The notes beneath the pieces are model-generated. The model had not been told where the DNA came from, made no database searches, and saw only the letters and a program-made list of their open reading frames with translations. The position numbers were made by a program, and so were the translations under genes. A stretch of DNA of 64,000 nt, taken from NCBI GenBank assembly GCA_963850185.1, contig CAWKKE010000018.1, positions 46,253-110,252 on the forward strand, read 5' to 3'. Below are positions 27,837-38,939 of the stretch, piece by piece. The DNA comes from an uncultured Acidimicrobiaceae bacterium (GTDB lineage: Bacteria; Actinomycetota; Acidimicrobiia; Acidimicrobiales; RAAP-2). Numbering within the stretch: position 1 is the first letter of the stretch; every line of letters begins with the position of its first letter.

Positions 27837-28821
27837 ATGGATAGGGTCCTTTCCGGCATTGCGCCATCAGGCAATTTCACTCTGGGGAACTACCTCGGGG
27901 CTCTTCGGCAGTGGGTCTCCTTCCAGGATGGCTACGACGCCTTCTATTTCGTGGTCGATCTGCACGCTCTCACCACCGAGATCGACCCGGCCGACCTCCG
28001 CGCCAACACGCTGGATGCGGCGTTGAACCTGCTCGCCATCGGGCTCGATCCGGACCGTTGCACGCTCTTCGTACAGAGCCACGTTCCCGAGCACGCCCAG
28101 CTGACCTGGTTGCTCGAATGCACCGCCACCATGGGTGAGCTGCGGCGGATGACCCAGTTCAAGGACAAGGGGAAGGGGCAAGAGTCGGCGCGGGTCGGAC
28201 TCTTCACGTATCCGGTCCTGATGGCGGCGGACATCCTCCTCTATGACGCCACCGCGGTCCCCGTCGGCGACGACCAGCGCCAACACCTGGAGCTGACCCG
28301 GGACGTGGCCCTGCGGTTCAACCACCGTTACGGCGAGACCTTCGTCGTCCCGGAGGCGAACATCCCGCCGACGGGCGCCCGCGTCATGGATCTGCAGCAT
28401 CCGGACCGCAAGATGTCCAAGTCGGCGGATTCGCCGCTCGGCACAATCCGCCTCCTCGATTCGGACGAGGAGATCACGCGGAAGGTGCGCAAAGCGGTCA
28501 CCGACACCGATGGTGAGATGCGGTACGACCCGGAAGCCAAACCTGGTCTGGCCAACCTCTTGGAGCTGCTGGCCGCCACGACGGGACGGACGCCCATCGA
28601 CGTGGCGGCCGGCTACGAGCGTTATGGCGATCTCAAGAACGACATTGCCGCCGTGTTATGCGACCTCATCCGACCGATTCGGCGAGCGGCGGGTCGAACT
28701 GGACAACGATCTACCCTACGTCCACGAGGTGCTGGCGCGGGGCGCCGCGCACGCCCACGAGGTGGCGGCAACGACCTACACCCGGGCTGCCGACGCCATC
28801 GGCCTCCTACCCCCCGGCTGA
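27837..28821 (+). CDS. trpS: tryptophan--tRNA ligase (one frame change near 28682)
   Basis: '[16 protein letters not shown]' and 'KMSKS'. After 'DLIRPIR' the conserved C-terminus '[32 protein letters not shown]...' lies in the 28510..28821 frame. Confidence 0.85.
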
Positions 28822-28844
28822 ACGTTCCGGAGAGCCGCCGCCCC

Positions 28845-29606
28845 TCAGACGCCGAGCACGCTTTCCCACCAGTTGTAGAGGCGATCGAACAGCCACGTGA
28901 GTGGGCCGTGCGGGTACAGGAAGAAGTTCAACAGCACGAGGCCGAGCAGAATCGGCATGGTGTACTGCCGGTACTTCAGATACGTCGGCCAATAACGCGC
29001 CGGCAGAAGGCGCTCGAAGACGGCCGAGCCGTCGAGTGGCGGCACCGGGATCAAGTTGAAGGCGCACAGTCCGACGTTCACGAGGCTGGCGTAGAACAGG
29101 ATCTGTGCACCGGTCGAGAACCTGCCGGATGAAAGGACGTCGGCCCGCGAGAAATGCACGAAGGCCAATCCGAAGATGGCCGCCAATGCGGCGTTGACGG
29201 CCGGTCCCGCCAAGGAGACCACCACGCCCTGGTTGCGTGGGCTCCGCAGACGGGCCGTGTTCACGGGGACCGGCTTGGCCCAACCGAAGAAGCCGACCGA
29301 GCCCAACGACAGCAGTGCGGGAACGATGAGCGTGCCGACGGGATCGACGTGCACCGCGGGGTTCAGACTGAGCCTGCCCGCCCGCTTTGCCGTGTCGTCG
29401 CCGAACGCGTTGGCGACGTAGCCGTGCGAGATCTCATGCAGAATGATCGAAGGCACAAGGACACAGAAGATGATGATCTCCTGCTCCGTGATGTTGTGGT
29501 GGACGACGAGCACCACGAACACGAGCACGCCGGCCAGAATCCACAGCCGGCGCTTCGTCCGCTGATCCATCGGTCGCCTCCTGGAGGAGGCTCCGGGTGG
29601 GCCCAC
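28845..29606 (-). CDS. M50 family (site-2 protease-like) membrane metalloprotease
   Basis: '[16 protein letters not shown]' and '[12 protein letters not shown]', polytopic. Confidence 0.8.
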   Translation of the reverse strand: MGPPGASSRRRPMDQRTKRRLWILAGVLVFVVLVVHHNITEQEIIIFCVLVPSIILHEISHGYVANAFGDDTAKRAGRLSLNPAVHVDPVGTLIVPALLSLGSVGFFGWAKPVPVNTARLRSPRNQGVVVSLAGPAVNAALAAIFGLAFVHFSRADVLSSGRFSTGAQILFYASLVNVGLCAFNLIPVPPLDGSAVFERLLPARYWPTYLKYRQYTMPILLGLVLLNFFLYPHGPLTWLFDRLYNWWESVLGV

Positions 29607-29963
29607 CTAGTGCTTGACGGCGTCGGCGATGCAGAAGCGCGCCGCAGGCATGGCCTCGAGGCGGGCGGTGCCGATCGGCTTGCCGCAGCCCTCGCAGAGC
29701 CCGTAGTTCCCTTCCTCCAGGCGCCGGAGGGCGGCCTCCACCTCGTCGAGGGCCTCGCGGAGTTCGGTCGCCAGGCGCTCGGCCTCGCCCCGCTCCGCAG
29801 TGACCTGGCTGGAGTCGGCAAAGTTGGAGTCGTAGTTGAGGCCACTCCCCTGGTCGGCGAACCCGAGCTCGCTCAGCTGGGCCTGCAACCCTGCCTGCTC
29901 TGCGTGCAGGAGGGCGGCAAAATCCACGTCGGCGGTCTGCGCCGTGGGGGCCTCGTTCGGCAT
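29607..29963 (-). CDS. DksA/TraR-family zinc-finger protein
   Basis: C-terminal 'CEGCGKPIGTARLEAMPAARFC' preceded by a coiled-coil-like N-terminus. Confidence 0.7.
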   Translation of the reverse strand: MPNEAPTAQTADVDFAALLHAEQAGLQAQLSELGFADQGSGLNYDSNFADSSQVTAERGEAERLATELREALDEVEAALRRLEEGNYGLCEGCGKPIGTARLEAMPAARFCIADAVKH

Positions 29964-29967
29964 GGGC

Positions 29968-30918
29968 TCATGCTACGCGGTCCCTCCCCCTCGTGGTTCC
30001 CGCCCGGGGGTGAGCCCCTTCGTAGGCCCGACGGAGGTGCTCGGGCGAGACCTTCGTGTAGCGCTGTGTGGTCGCAATGGAGGCGTGGCCCAGGAGCTCC
30101 TGGACGACCCGCACGTCGGCCCCTCGCCCCAGCATGTGAGTGGCGCAGGAGTGGCGCAGCACGTGCGGGCTCACCTTCTCGGCCAGACCGACGCGGGCGG
30201 CGTACTTCTTGACGACGCCGAAGACCCCGACACGGGACAGTCGACCGCCACGGACGTTGAGGAAGACCGCTTCGGCATCGCTCCGCCGGAGCCACTTCTT
30301 CGGCTCGAGGAGCGGGCGCCCCTGGCCCGAGAGCCAGTCGGCCAGGGCGGCCCGGGCGAGGCCGCCGATCGGGACGACGCGCTCTTTGTCTCCCTTCCCG
30401 AGTACCCGGAGCAAGGGCAGGTCGGTCCCCTCGACTGCTGCAATGACGTCACCGAGATTGAGCCCCACCACCTCACTGACGCGGGCACCGGTGCCATAGA
30501 GGACCTCGAGAAGAGCCCGGTCGCGCAGGACCGTGGGACCCGTGCCGACGACTGCGCCGAGGAGAAGCTCCGTCTCCTCCTCGCTCAGCGCCTTCGGCAG
30601 CATGTCAGTCACGGAGATGGAGGGCAGGTCGAGCGTCGGGTCGTCGCCCCGCATCCCTTCCTCGACCAGGAAGCGGTGGAAGCCCCTGATGCTCGAGAGC
30701 GCCCGTGCCACCGACGACGCACCGTGTGTCCGGCGCAACGTCTCGAGGTGTGCCGCCACGTCGGCCGACGTCGCCGCGTCGATGCCGTGGCCCACGACAT
30801 CGTCCTGGTACGTCCCCAGGTCGCGCCGGTACGCCGACAAGGTGCGCGGGGAACGTCCCCGTTCGACCTCGAGCCAGGACAGGAACTCCTCGGCATCCCG
30901 CGGCAACGATGCGGTCAC
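29968..30918 (-). CDS. xerD: site-specific tyrosine recombinase XerD
   Basis: 'LRHSCATHMLGRGADVRVVQELLGHASIATTQRYT'. Confidence 0.85.
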   Translation of the reverse strand: MTASLPRDAEEFLSWLEVERGRSPRTLSAYRRDLGTYQDDVVGHGIDAATSADVAAHLETLRRTHGASSVARALSSIRGFHRFLVEEGMRGDDPTLDLPSISVTDMLPKALSEEETELLLGAVVGTGPTVLRDRALLEVLYGTGARVSEVVGLNLGDVIAAVEGTDLPLLRVLGKGDKERVVPIGGLARAALADWLSGQGRPLLEPKKWLRRSDAEAVFLNVRGGRLSRVGVFGVVKKYAARVGLAEKVSPHVLRHSCATHMLGRGADVRVVQELLGHASIATTQRYTKVSPEHLRRAYEGAHPRAGTTRGRDRVA

Positions 30919-31472
30919 GGCAGCCGCCCTGTGGCACCGAGGCGCTGGCGGGCCAGGTACAAGCCGAGCACGGTCGTCTCGTCCCGCAACGACCCGTCGG
31001 CCACCAGACCATCGACGTCGTCGAGGTGAATGGACTCGATGGTCATGTAGCCCTCCTCCACGCCCTGCGGGCGGGTCGGGATGGAGGAGAGACCGGTCGC
31101 CAGATAGATGAGCGTGTGCTGGTCGCTGACTCCTGGCGAGTTCCAGGTCCCGATGAGCTGCTCCCAGCGCGTGGCCGCGAGCCCGGCCTCCTCGGCGAGC
31201 TCCCGGCGGGCCGTGGCTTCAGGCTCCTCGCCCTCCTGGTCGCGCGTCCCGGCCACGATCTCGAGCACCTGGGTGTCGACGGCCGCCCTGTACTGCCGCA
31301 CCAGCGTCACCGTGCCGTCGTCGTGGACGGGGACAACTGTGACGGCACCGGGGTGGCGGACGACGACCCGGTCGAAGGGCTCGCCGTCGGGATCGAGGAG
31401 GTGCAAGCGGTCGACCCGGAACAGCCAGGCCCGCAGGAGCTCCTCCTCGGAGACACGGCGGAAGCCCGGCAC
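30915..31472 (-). CDS. NUDIX hydrolase (ADP-ribose pyrophosphatase-like)
   Basis: Nudix box 'GTRDQEGEEPEATARRELAEEAGL'. Confidence 0.8.
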   Translation of the reverse strand: MPGFRRVSEEELLRAWLFRVDRLHLLDPDGEPFDRVVVRHPGAVTVVPVHDDGTVTLVRQYRAAVDTQVLEIVAGTRDQEGEEPEATARRELAEEAGLAATRWEQLIGTWNSPGVSDQHTLIYLATGLSSIPTRPQGVEEGYMTIESIHLDDVDGLVADGSLRDETTVLGLYLARQRLGATGRLP

Positions 31473-31476
31473 GTGC

Positions 31477-33132
<1,656 letters not shown>

Positions 33133-33200
33133 TCAAGCATCAAGTCGCGTGATCGGTGCACCCGACCACGATAATCGAAGGCAGCCGAACTCGCGGTGGA

Positions 33201-34799
33201 CTACCGCCCATGCGAGGCACCGAGCAGCTCACGGGCGTGGGCACGGGCGGCATCGCTGTCGGGATGTCCGGACAGCATCCGGGAGAGCTCGGTGACCCGC
33301 TCCTCACCCTGTACCGCTGTTGCCGTCGTCACCGTGCGGCCCCGCGACTGGCCCTTGACCACGCTGATCTGCGCGTCGGCCTGCGACGCCACCTGGGCCA
33401 GGTGGGTGACGACCAGCACCTGGCGATCACCCCCGACCTCGTGCAGCGCTTCCCCCAGGGCGAGCGCGGCCGCCCCGCCCACCCCGGCGTCCACCTCGTC
33501 GAAGACCATGGTCTGGGGACCGCCCAGTCCCACCAGGCGAATGGCGAGCATCGCTCGGGCCAGCTCGCCTCCCGACGCGGCGCGGGCCAGCGGCTGCACC
33601 GCCTCGCCGACGTTGGCGCCCAGGGCGAGCTCAATCGGGTCGCCCGCTCCCTCGGGTGCCAATCGCACCTCGAGCCGGGCCCCGGCCATGGCCAGCGCCC
33701 CCAGCCGCTCGCCGACCTGTTTGGCGAAGGATTTGGCGGCACGGGCCCGGACCGAGCGCACGGCCGCCTCGGCGCCCGCGAGCTCGCTGCTCCGCACCTC
33801 GCGTTCGGCCTGGAGTCGGACGGCCTCGCCCTCCGCGTTCTCCAGTGCAGCCAGCCGAAGCGCGCCCTCCTGTCCGTAGGCCATGACGGCGGCCAGGTCC
33901 TCGCCGTACTTGCGCCGCAGCTCGGCCAGCAGGCGCCGGCGCTCCTGCACGTCGATGAGCCGTTGCGGGTCGTCCTCCCAGCTCTCGACCTCGTCGCGCA
34001 GGGTGCGAGCCAGGTCGGACAGATCGACGGCGGCGGCCGCGAGGCGGCCCGTGTAACTCTCGAACGACTCCCGGCCGGCCAGGGCTCCGCCGGCGCGCCC
34101 GAGCAGGTCGATCGCCCCGCCGTCGCCGGAGGGGTCGACCAGCTCCAGCGCCTCGAGCGCAGCGTCACGGTAGGCGGCGGCGTCGGCCAATCGATCCTCC
34201 TGGAGCCGCAGGGAGGCCTCCTCGTCCGGGTCGGCGAGGTGCGCCTGTGCGATTTCCTCCACCTGGTAGCGGAGGACGTCCGCCTCACGGGCCCGCTGCT
34301 GGGCGTCGCCACCGAGTCCCGCCAACCCCTCGTCGAGCGCGTGCAGCTGGCTCCGGATGGCCCGCACGCGGCTGAGGTCAGTGCCGGCGAAGGCGTCGAG
34401 CACGTTGCGCTGAGCGGTGGGTGTGACGAGGGCCCGGTGCTCATGCTGGCCGTGGATCTCGACCAGCTCCGCCGCTGCCTCACCGAGCGCGCCGAGGGGC
34501 GCCATGCGGCCGTCGACCCAAGCCCGGGACCGGCCTTCGGCGGGGACCGAGCGGGTCAGGATGACCTCGCGGGCGGCGTCGCTCTGGCCCACCACGAAGC
34601 GGGCCTCGACCAGAGCCTCGGCCGCGCCGGCGCGCACCATGCCGGGGTTGGCCCGACCGCCCAGCACCAGCTGCAGTGCCTCGACGACCAGCGTCTTGCC
34701 GGCCCCCGTCTCTCCAGTGAGCGCCGTCATGCCGGGCGCGAACTCCAGCGTGAGGTCCTCGATCACACCGAGGTCGCGCACGTGCAAGTCGGTCAGCAC
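33201..34799 (-). CDS. recN: DNA repair protein RecN
   Basis: 'LTDLHVRDLGVIE' and 'GETGAGKT'. Start taken at GTG 34799, 7 nt after the nadK stop; the ORF opens at 34907. Confidence 0.9.
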   Translation of the reverse strand: MLTDLHVRDLGVIEDLTLEFAPGMTALTGETGAGKTLVVEALQLVLGGRANPGMVRAGAAEALVEARFVVGQSDAAREVILTRSVPAEGRSRAWVDGRMAPLGALGEAAAELVEIHGQHEHRALVTPTAQRNVLDAFAGTDLSRVRAIRSQLHALDEGLAGLGGDAQQRAREADVLRYQVEEIAQAHLADPDEEASLRLQEDRLADAAAYRDAALEALELVDPSGDGGAIDLLGRAGGALAGRESFESYTGRLAAAAVDLSDLARTLRDEVESWEDDPQRLIDVQERRRLLAELRRKYGEDLAAVMAYGQEGALRLAALENAEGEAVRLQAEREVRSSELAGAEAAVRSVRARAAKSFAKQVGERLGALAMAGARLEVRLAPEGAGDPIELALGANVGEAVQPLARAASGGELARAMLAIRLVGLGGPQTMVFDEVDAGVGGAAALALGEALHEVGGDRQVLVVTHLAQVASQADAQISVVKGQSRGRTVTTATAVQGEERVTELSRMLSGHPDSDAARAHARELLGASHGR

Positions 34800-34806
34800 G
34801 ACCGGC

Positions 34807-35677
34807 TCACTGGTTCCGCTCGGCCAGAAGTCGGAAGCGCAGGATGCCGCCGAAGGTCTGGGGCTCGTTGCGCACGACACGCACCGGGCGCTCGCGCCAC
34901 GGTGCACGTGATTGCGGCGCCGGGTTGGAGCCGGCCGATCTCCAACCCGTCAATGACGAGCACGCCGGAGCGGTCGGGCACGATCTCGACGGTCACCTCC
35001 TGGTCCTCGGTCAGCACGAGGCTGCGGTCGAGGGAGAAGTGAGGCGCCACGGGTGTCAGCACCATGGCGCGCAACGTCGGGGCCAGGATCGGGCCGCCGG
35101 CCGACAGGTTGTACGCGGTGGAGCCGGTCGGGGTGGCGATGATGAGGCCGTCGGCGGAGTAGGTCAGCGCCTCCTCCCCGTCCACCGTGGTCGCCAGTCG
35201 GACGGTGTGCCCGAAGTCGATCTTCTCGATCACCACCTCGTTCAGCGCGAGCAGGGCCGTGACGTCATCGCTCACCGAACGGTCCGAGATCGACACGTCG
35301 AGCGCGCAACGCGACTCGATGATCGCCTTACCCTCGAACACCCTGGTGAGGGCGCCGCGCACCTGGTCCGGCAAAAGGTCAGGCAGGTACCCGAGGCGGC
35401 CGAAGTTCACGCCCAGCACCGGCACGTCCTCGGTGGCGGCGAGGCGAACCACGCGCAGGAACGTGCCGTCCCCGCCCAGGCTCACGGCCACGGTCGTCCC
35501 GCCGAAGTCGACGTCGGCCAGCTCGACGTCGACGCCTGCCTCGCTGACCTGGTCGGGACCGCTGAATTGGAGGATCCGGGCGACGTCCCCCCGCGCCGTC
35601 AGCCAAGCCGCCGTGTCGGTGGCCAGCTCGAGCGCGTCGGGGCGTTCGGGATGGACCAGGAAGGTGACGGTCGCCAT
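34807..35677 (-). CDS. nadK: NAD kinase (one frame change near 34885)
   Basis: 'SLGGDGTFL'. After '...CTVARAP' the expected C-terminus 'VRVVRNEPQTFGGILRFRLLAERNQ*' is in another frame and ends at TGA 34807-34809. Confidence 0.85.
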
Positions 35678-35691
35678 CGAAGTGCGACGGC

Positions 35692-36552
35692 TCAGCCGGC
35701 CGGGGCCGCCGGTGGAAGGAGTCCGTCCGCCTCCGACACGGCGGCGCGGAGCAGGGCGGCGACCTCCCCCGTCTCGTCCGCGGCGATGCCCTTGCGGGCG
35801 TGCACCAGGAACTCGACGTTGCCGGCGGAGCCGGTCAGGGGGGAAACCATCGCTCCCATGATGCCGGTTTTCCCGTCATGCAGCGCGGACGCCACGCCCT
35901 CGACAGCGCCGAGCCAGAGCGCCGGGTCCCGGATCACGCCCTTGCCCCGGGAGACGGCGGCGCGGCCGGCCTCGAACTGGGGCTTGACCAGGAGGACGAG
36001 GTCGGCATCGGGGGTCGACACGGCGCCGGTGAGGGCGGGCACGACACTGCGCAGCGAGATGAAGGACAGATCGGCTACGACGAGCGGGCAGGGCTCGAAG
36101 GCAGGGTCGGCCGCGCTGAGGTCCGTCGGCGTCAGGGTCCGCACGTTGGTGCGCTCCAGGACCGTGACGAGAGGGTGCGCCCGCAGCGCAGGATGGAGCT
36201 GCCCGTGCCCGACGTCCACGGCGTAGACGTGGGCGGCCCCGTGCTGGAGTAGGCAGTCGGTAAAGCCGCCGGTCGACGCTCCGGCATCGAGGGCGCGCCG
36301 ATCGGCGACGTCGATCTGGAACCGGCCCAATGCGGCCTCGAGCTTGCGACCGCCACGGCCCACGAAGGGCGACGGGGGTCCGAGCAGGACGACCGGCTCG
36401 CCGGGGGCGACCAGGCGCGCCGGCTTGTCGGCCTGGGTGCCGGAGACGAGCACGGAGCCGGCCGCCACGGCCGCTTGGGCCGCCTGCCGGGAGTCGACGA
36501 GGCCACGTCGCACGAGCTCGGCATCGAGCCGGCGGCGGGCCCCGCCGGTCAG
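35692..36552 (-). CDS. tlyA: TlyA-family 16S/23S rRNA 2'-O-methyltransferase (start uncertain)
   Basis: 'GASTGGFTDCLLQHGA' and an S4 domain. The first canonical start is GTG 36513, but the conserved 'ARRRLDAELV' is encoded in frame upstream of it, back to a CTG at 36550-36552. Confidence 0.8.
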   Translation of the reverse strand: MTGGARRRLDAELVRRGLVDSRQAAQAAVAAGSVLVSGTQADKPARLVAPGEPVVLLGPPSPFVGRGGRKLEAALGRFQIDVADRRALDAGASTGGFTDCLLQHGAAHVYAVDVGHGQLHPALRAHPLVTVLERTNVRTLTPTDLSAADPAFEPCPLVVADLSFISLRSVVPALTGAVSTPDADLVLLVKPQFEAGRAAVSRGKGVIRDPALWLGAVEGVASALHDGKTGIMGAMVSPLTGSAGNVEFLVHARKGIAADETGEVAALLRAAVSEADGLLPPAAPAG

Positions 36553-37142
36553 CTGGCTTCTTTCTTGGCTGCCGACGTGTTCGCCTCGGAGACCTTCTTG
36601 CTGTGGGACTTCTTGGCGTCCGCCTTGGAGGATCCTGACGGTGACTTGATGCCCGGGAGTCGGGACGGGGCGACCGAGGTGGCCGCATCACGCGCCCGGG
36701 TGGCGGTCTTGCCGGCCTGCGTGGTCACGCCCTTGGCGGTCTTGCCGGCCTGGGCGGTCACGCCCTTGGCGGTCTGGCCCGCCTTGTTGGTCGCGTCCTT
36801 GGCGGCCTTGCCGGCACGGGTGGTCACGTCCTTGGTTGCGCTGCGGCCCGCCTTGGCCGACTTCTTCAGGACCTCGGCCACCTGGTTGGCGATCGACTCC
36901 AGAGACCGGGGGTCGATCTTCTCGAGTTGGCTGGCCACCTCGTGGCGCACCAGTTCCAAGATCTGCTCGCTGGACTTGTGGCTCCGTTCGACCAAGTTGT
37001 CGACCCACTCCTGTGTCTGGCTGCGCTGGATGTCTCCGGCGTTGACCAATTCTCGCACGATCTCCTCGGCCCGGCCGCGGCTGACCTGTCCGAGGACGGT
37101 CCCCGCATCGAGGTATTTGCGTATCCGCTCATTGCTTGCCAT
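36549..37142 (-). CDS. phasin-like (COG3937-type) protein with C-terminal 11-residue Lys/Thr/Gly repeats
   Basis: N-terminus 'ERIRKYLDAGTVLGQVSRGRAEEIVRELVNAGDI...' followed by 'TRAGKAAKDATNKAGQTAKGVTAQAGKTAKGVTTQAGKTA' and a Lys-rich tail. Confidence 0.6.
   Translation of the reverse strand: MASNERIRKYLDAGTVLGQVSRGRAEEIVRELVNAGDIQRSQTQEWVDNLVERSHKSSEQILELVRHEVASQLEKIDPRSLESIANQVAEVLKKSAKAGRSATKDVTTRAGKAAKDATNKAGQTAKGVTAQAGKTAKGVTTQAGKTATRARDAATSVAPSRLPGIKSPSGSSKADAKKSHSKKVSEANTSAAKKEAS
36699..36840 (-). repeat. tandem 33-nt (11-codon) repeat, about 4-5 units, inside the phasin-like gene
   Basis: CTTGGCGG recurs at 36732, 36765 and 36798, with CTTGGTTG at 36831 (33-nt period). Confidence 0.8.
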
Positions 37143-37183
37143 TACACAAGAGTATCTGGAGTGCTAGCTGCTGGCAAGCACTT

Positions 37184-37966
37184 TCAAGTCGGGTCTTGGA
37201 GGGCCTGGTCGACGAGCCGCAGCAAATCCGGCGCCACGGCGGCGGGAACGGCGTCGGGTGGGACTTCCCCCTTCTTGGTGACCCCCGACAAGACGAGGCC
37301 GAAGGGAATGCCCAGCTGAGCGGCCAGGGCGCCGTCGGTCGAGGGTCGGTCCCCCACCATGACCCGGAGCTCCCCGGAGCCGACCCGGGCGGCGATGGCG
37401 TCCGCCGTCGGGCGGTGCGGCTTCCCCGCCACGTCGGCCGCTCGGCCCGATGCCGTGACCACGGCGGCCAGGATGGCGCCCGCCCCGGGCACCAGCCCGT
37501 CGGGGGTCGGATAGGTCGCGTCCTCGTTCGTGCCCACCAGCCGCGCCCCGGCCCGGACGGCCGTGGCGGCGCGCGTCAGCTTCTCGTAGGTGAAGTCACG
37601 GGTCAGGCCGACGACCACGGCGTCGACCGGTCCCTCGGGCACGACGGTCACCCCACGGGCCGCCAGGGCCTCGAGCACGCCGTCACCGCCCAGCACCACA
37701 GCGGTGGAGCCGGGAGCCAGCATGCCGGCGGCCACGTCGGCCGAGCGCAGCAGGTCGGCGTCGTCAGTGGTGATACCGCACTGCGCCAGCTGCCGGTGCA
37801 ACTCGGCCCGCGTCGGCAAGGCGTTGTTCGTGGCGAACACCACGCGCACCCCGACACCGCGCAGGCGGGTCACGGCCTCGTCGACACCGGCAATGGGCTT
37901 GCCTGCCAGCCACACCACGCCGTCGAGGTCGATGACCCAGGTTCCCCCGGGTGGCGGCGGCCACAT
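37184..37966 (-). CDS. HAD-IIA family hydrolase (NagD-like)
   Basis: 'VIDLDGVVWLAGKPI', 'FATNNA' and 'MVGDRPSTD'. Confidence 0.8.
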   Translation of the reverse strand: MWPPPPGGTWVIDLDGVVWLAGKPIAGVDEAVTRLRGVGVRVVFATNNALPTRAELHRQLAQCGITTDDADLLRSADVAAGMLAPGSTAVVLGGDGVLEALAARGVTVVPEGPVDAVVVGLTRDFTYEKLTRAATAVRAGARLVGTNEDATYPTPDGLVPGAGAILAAVVTASGRAADVAGKPHRPTADAIAARVGSGELRVMVGDRPSTDGALAAQLGIPFGLVLSGVTKKGEVPPDAVPAAVAPDLLRLVDQALQDPT

Positions 37967-38004
37967 CTGTTCGAGGCTAACCGTCCTTCGTAGACTCAGT
38001 CTGC

Positions 38005-38361
38005 GTGGCTGAACTCGAAGTCGACGGTGGCGAGCTCGTGCTGCACTTGCGAGCGATAGAGAAGGCAGAGGGCGCGCACGGCGACATCCGGGTGCCGCTC
38101 TCGGCAGTGACGGCGGTCCGCTCGGTCGACGACCCGTGGCCCGAACTCCGCGGGATCCGGGCGCCGGGTACCGGGGTGCCGAACGTGATCGCCGTCGGCA
38201 CGCGCCGGGGCGACTTCGGCAAGGATTTCGCTGCTGTGCACGGCAAGGGTCCCGCCGTGGTCGTGGAGCTCGAGGGCGCCGCGTACGGCCGGTTCGTCGT
38301 CACCGCGGACGACGCGGCGGCGCGGGCGGCGTCGATTGCGCGGGCGGCCGGCAGGACCTGA
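38005..38361 (+). CDS. hypothetical protein
   Basis: 118-aa ORF with a GTG start and no motif recognised. Confidence 0.45.
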   Translation: MAELEVDGGELVLHLRAIEKAEGAHGDIRVPLSAVTAVRSVDDPWPELRGIRAPGTGVPNVIAVGTRRGDFGKDFAAVHGKGPAVVVELEGAAYGRFVVTADDAAARAASIARAAGRT

Positions 38362-38434
38362 CGTGAGCTGACCTCTGCGCACTGCCGTGTGCGGGCGATG
38401 TCTCGGGTGGAGTTGTGTCAGGACGGGAGTTGCG

Positions 38435-38842
38435 TCAGGTCGAGTCGGCCCAGGGCGGTCGGAAGCTGATGGAGCAGGCCACGTCGCGCTGCGTGACGAA
38501 CCCGACGACGCGTTCTTGCTCGAGTACGGGGAGCCGGGACTGCTGGTGCCGGCACATGACGGCGACGGCGTCCTCGAGGGACACATCGACGTCGAGCGCG
38601 ACGACGTCGTCGGCCACCCGGCTGAACTCGGCCAGGCTCACTTCACGGGGGTCACGACCCTTGGCCACGACCAGGGCCACGATGTCGCGGTTGCTCACGG
38701 AGCCAGCGAGGGAGCCGTCGCTCTGGCACAGCGGGGCGCTGTCCTCGCTGTGGTTGGCGAGGAAACGCGCCGCGTCGGCCGCGGTGTCCGTCGTCCGGAG
38801 CACCTCGACGTCGCCGTGCATGACGTCCCGGATCGTTCTCAT
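38435..38842 (-). CDS. CBS-domain pair protein
   Basis: 'MRTIRDVMHGDVEVL...' and a second CBS repeat '...MCRHQQSRLPVLEQERVVGFVTQRDV'. Start taken at ATG 38842. Confidence 0.75.
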   Translation of the reverse strand: MRTIRDVMHGDVEVLRTTDTAADAARFLANHSEDSAPLCQSDGSLAGSVSNRDIVALVVAKGRDPREVSLAEFSRVADDVVALDVDVSLEDAVAVMCRHQQSRLPVLEQERVVGFVTQRDVACSISFRPPWADST

Positions 38843-38939
38843 GGCGATCTCCCTCTGCAGGTCGGGTTGCGTCCCCCGGCGTGCTGACTCCACCCTCGCG
38901 CTTGGCGTGTCTGGTGGCAATGGTCCAGGTGGGAGCGAA

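Noticed and set aside
33156-35042. 628-aa ORF on the plus strand
   Set aside because: It is antisense to recN and nadK, has low-complexity Arg/Gly/Leu composition, and the opposite strand carries clear RecN and NadK motifs.
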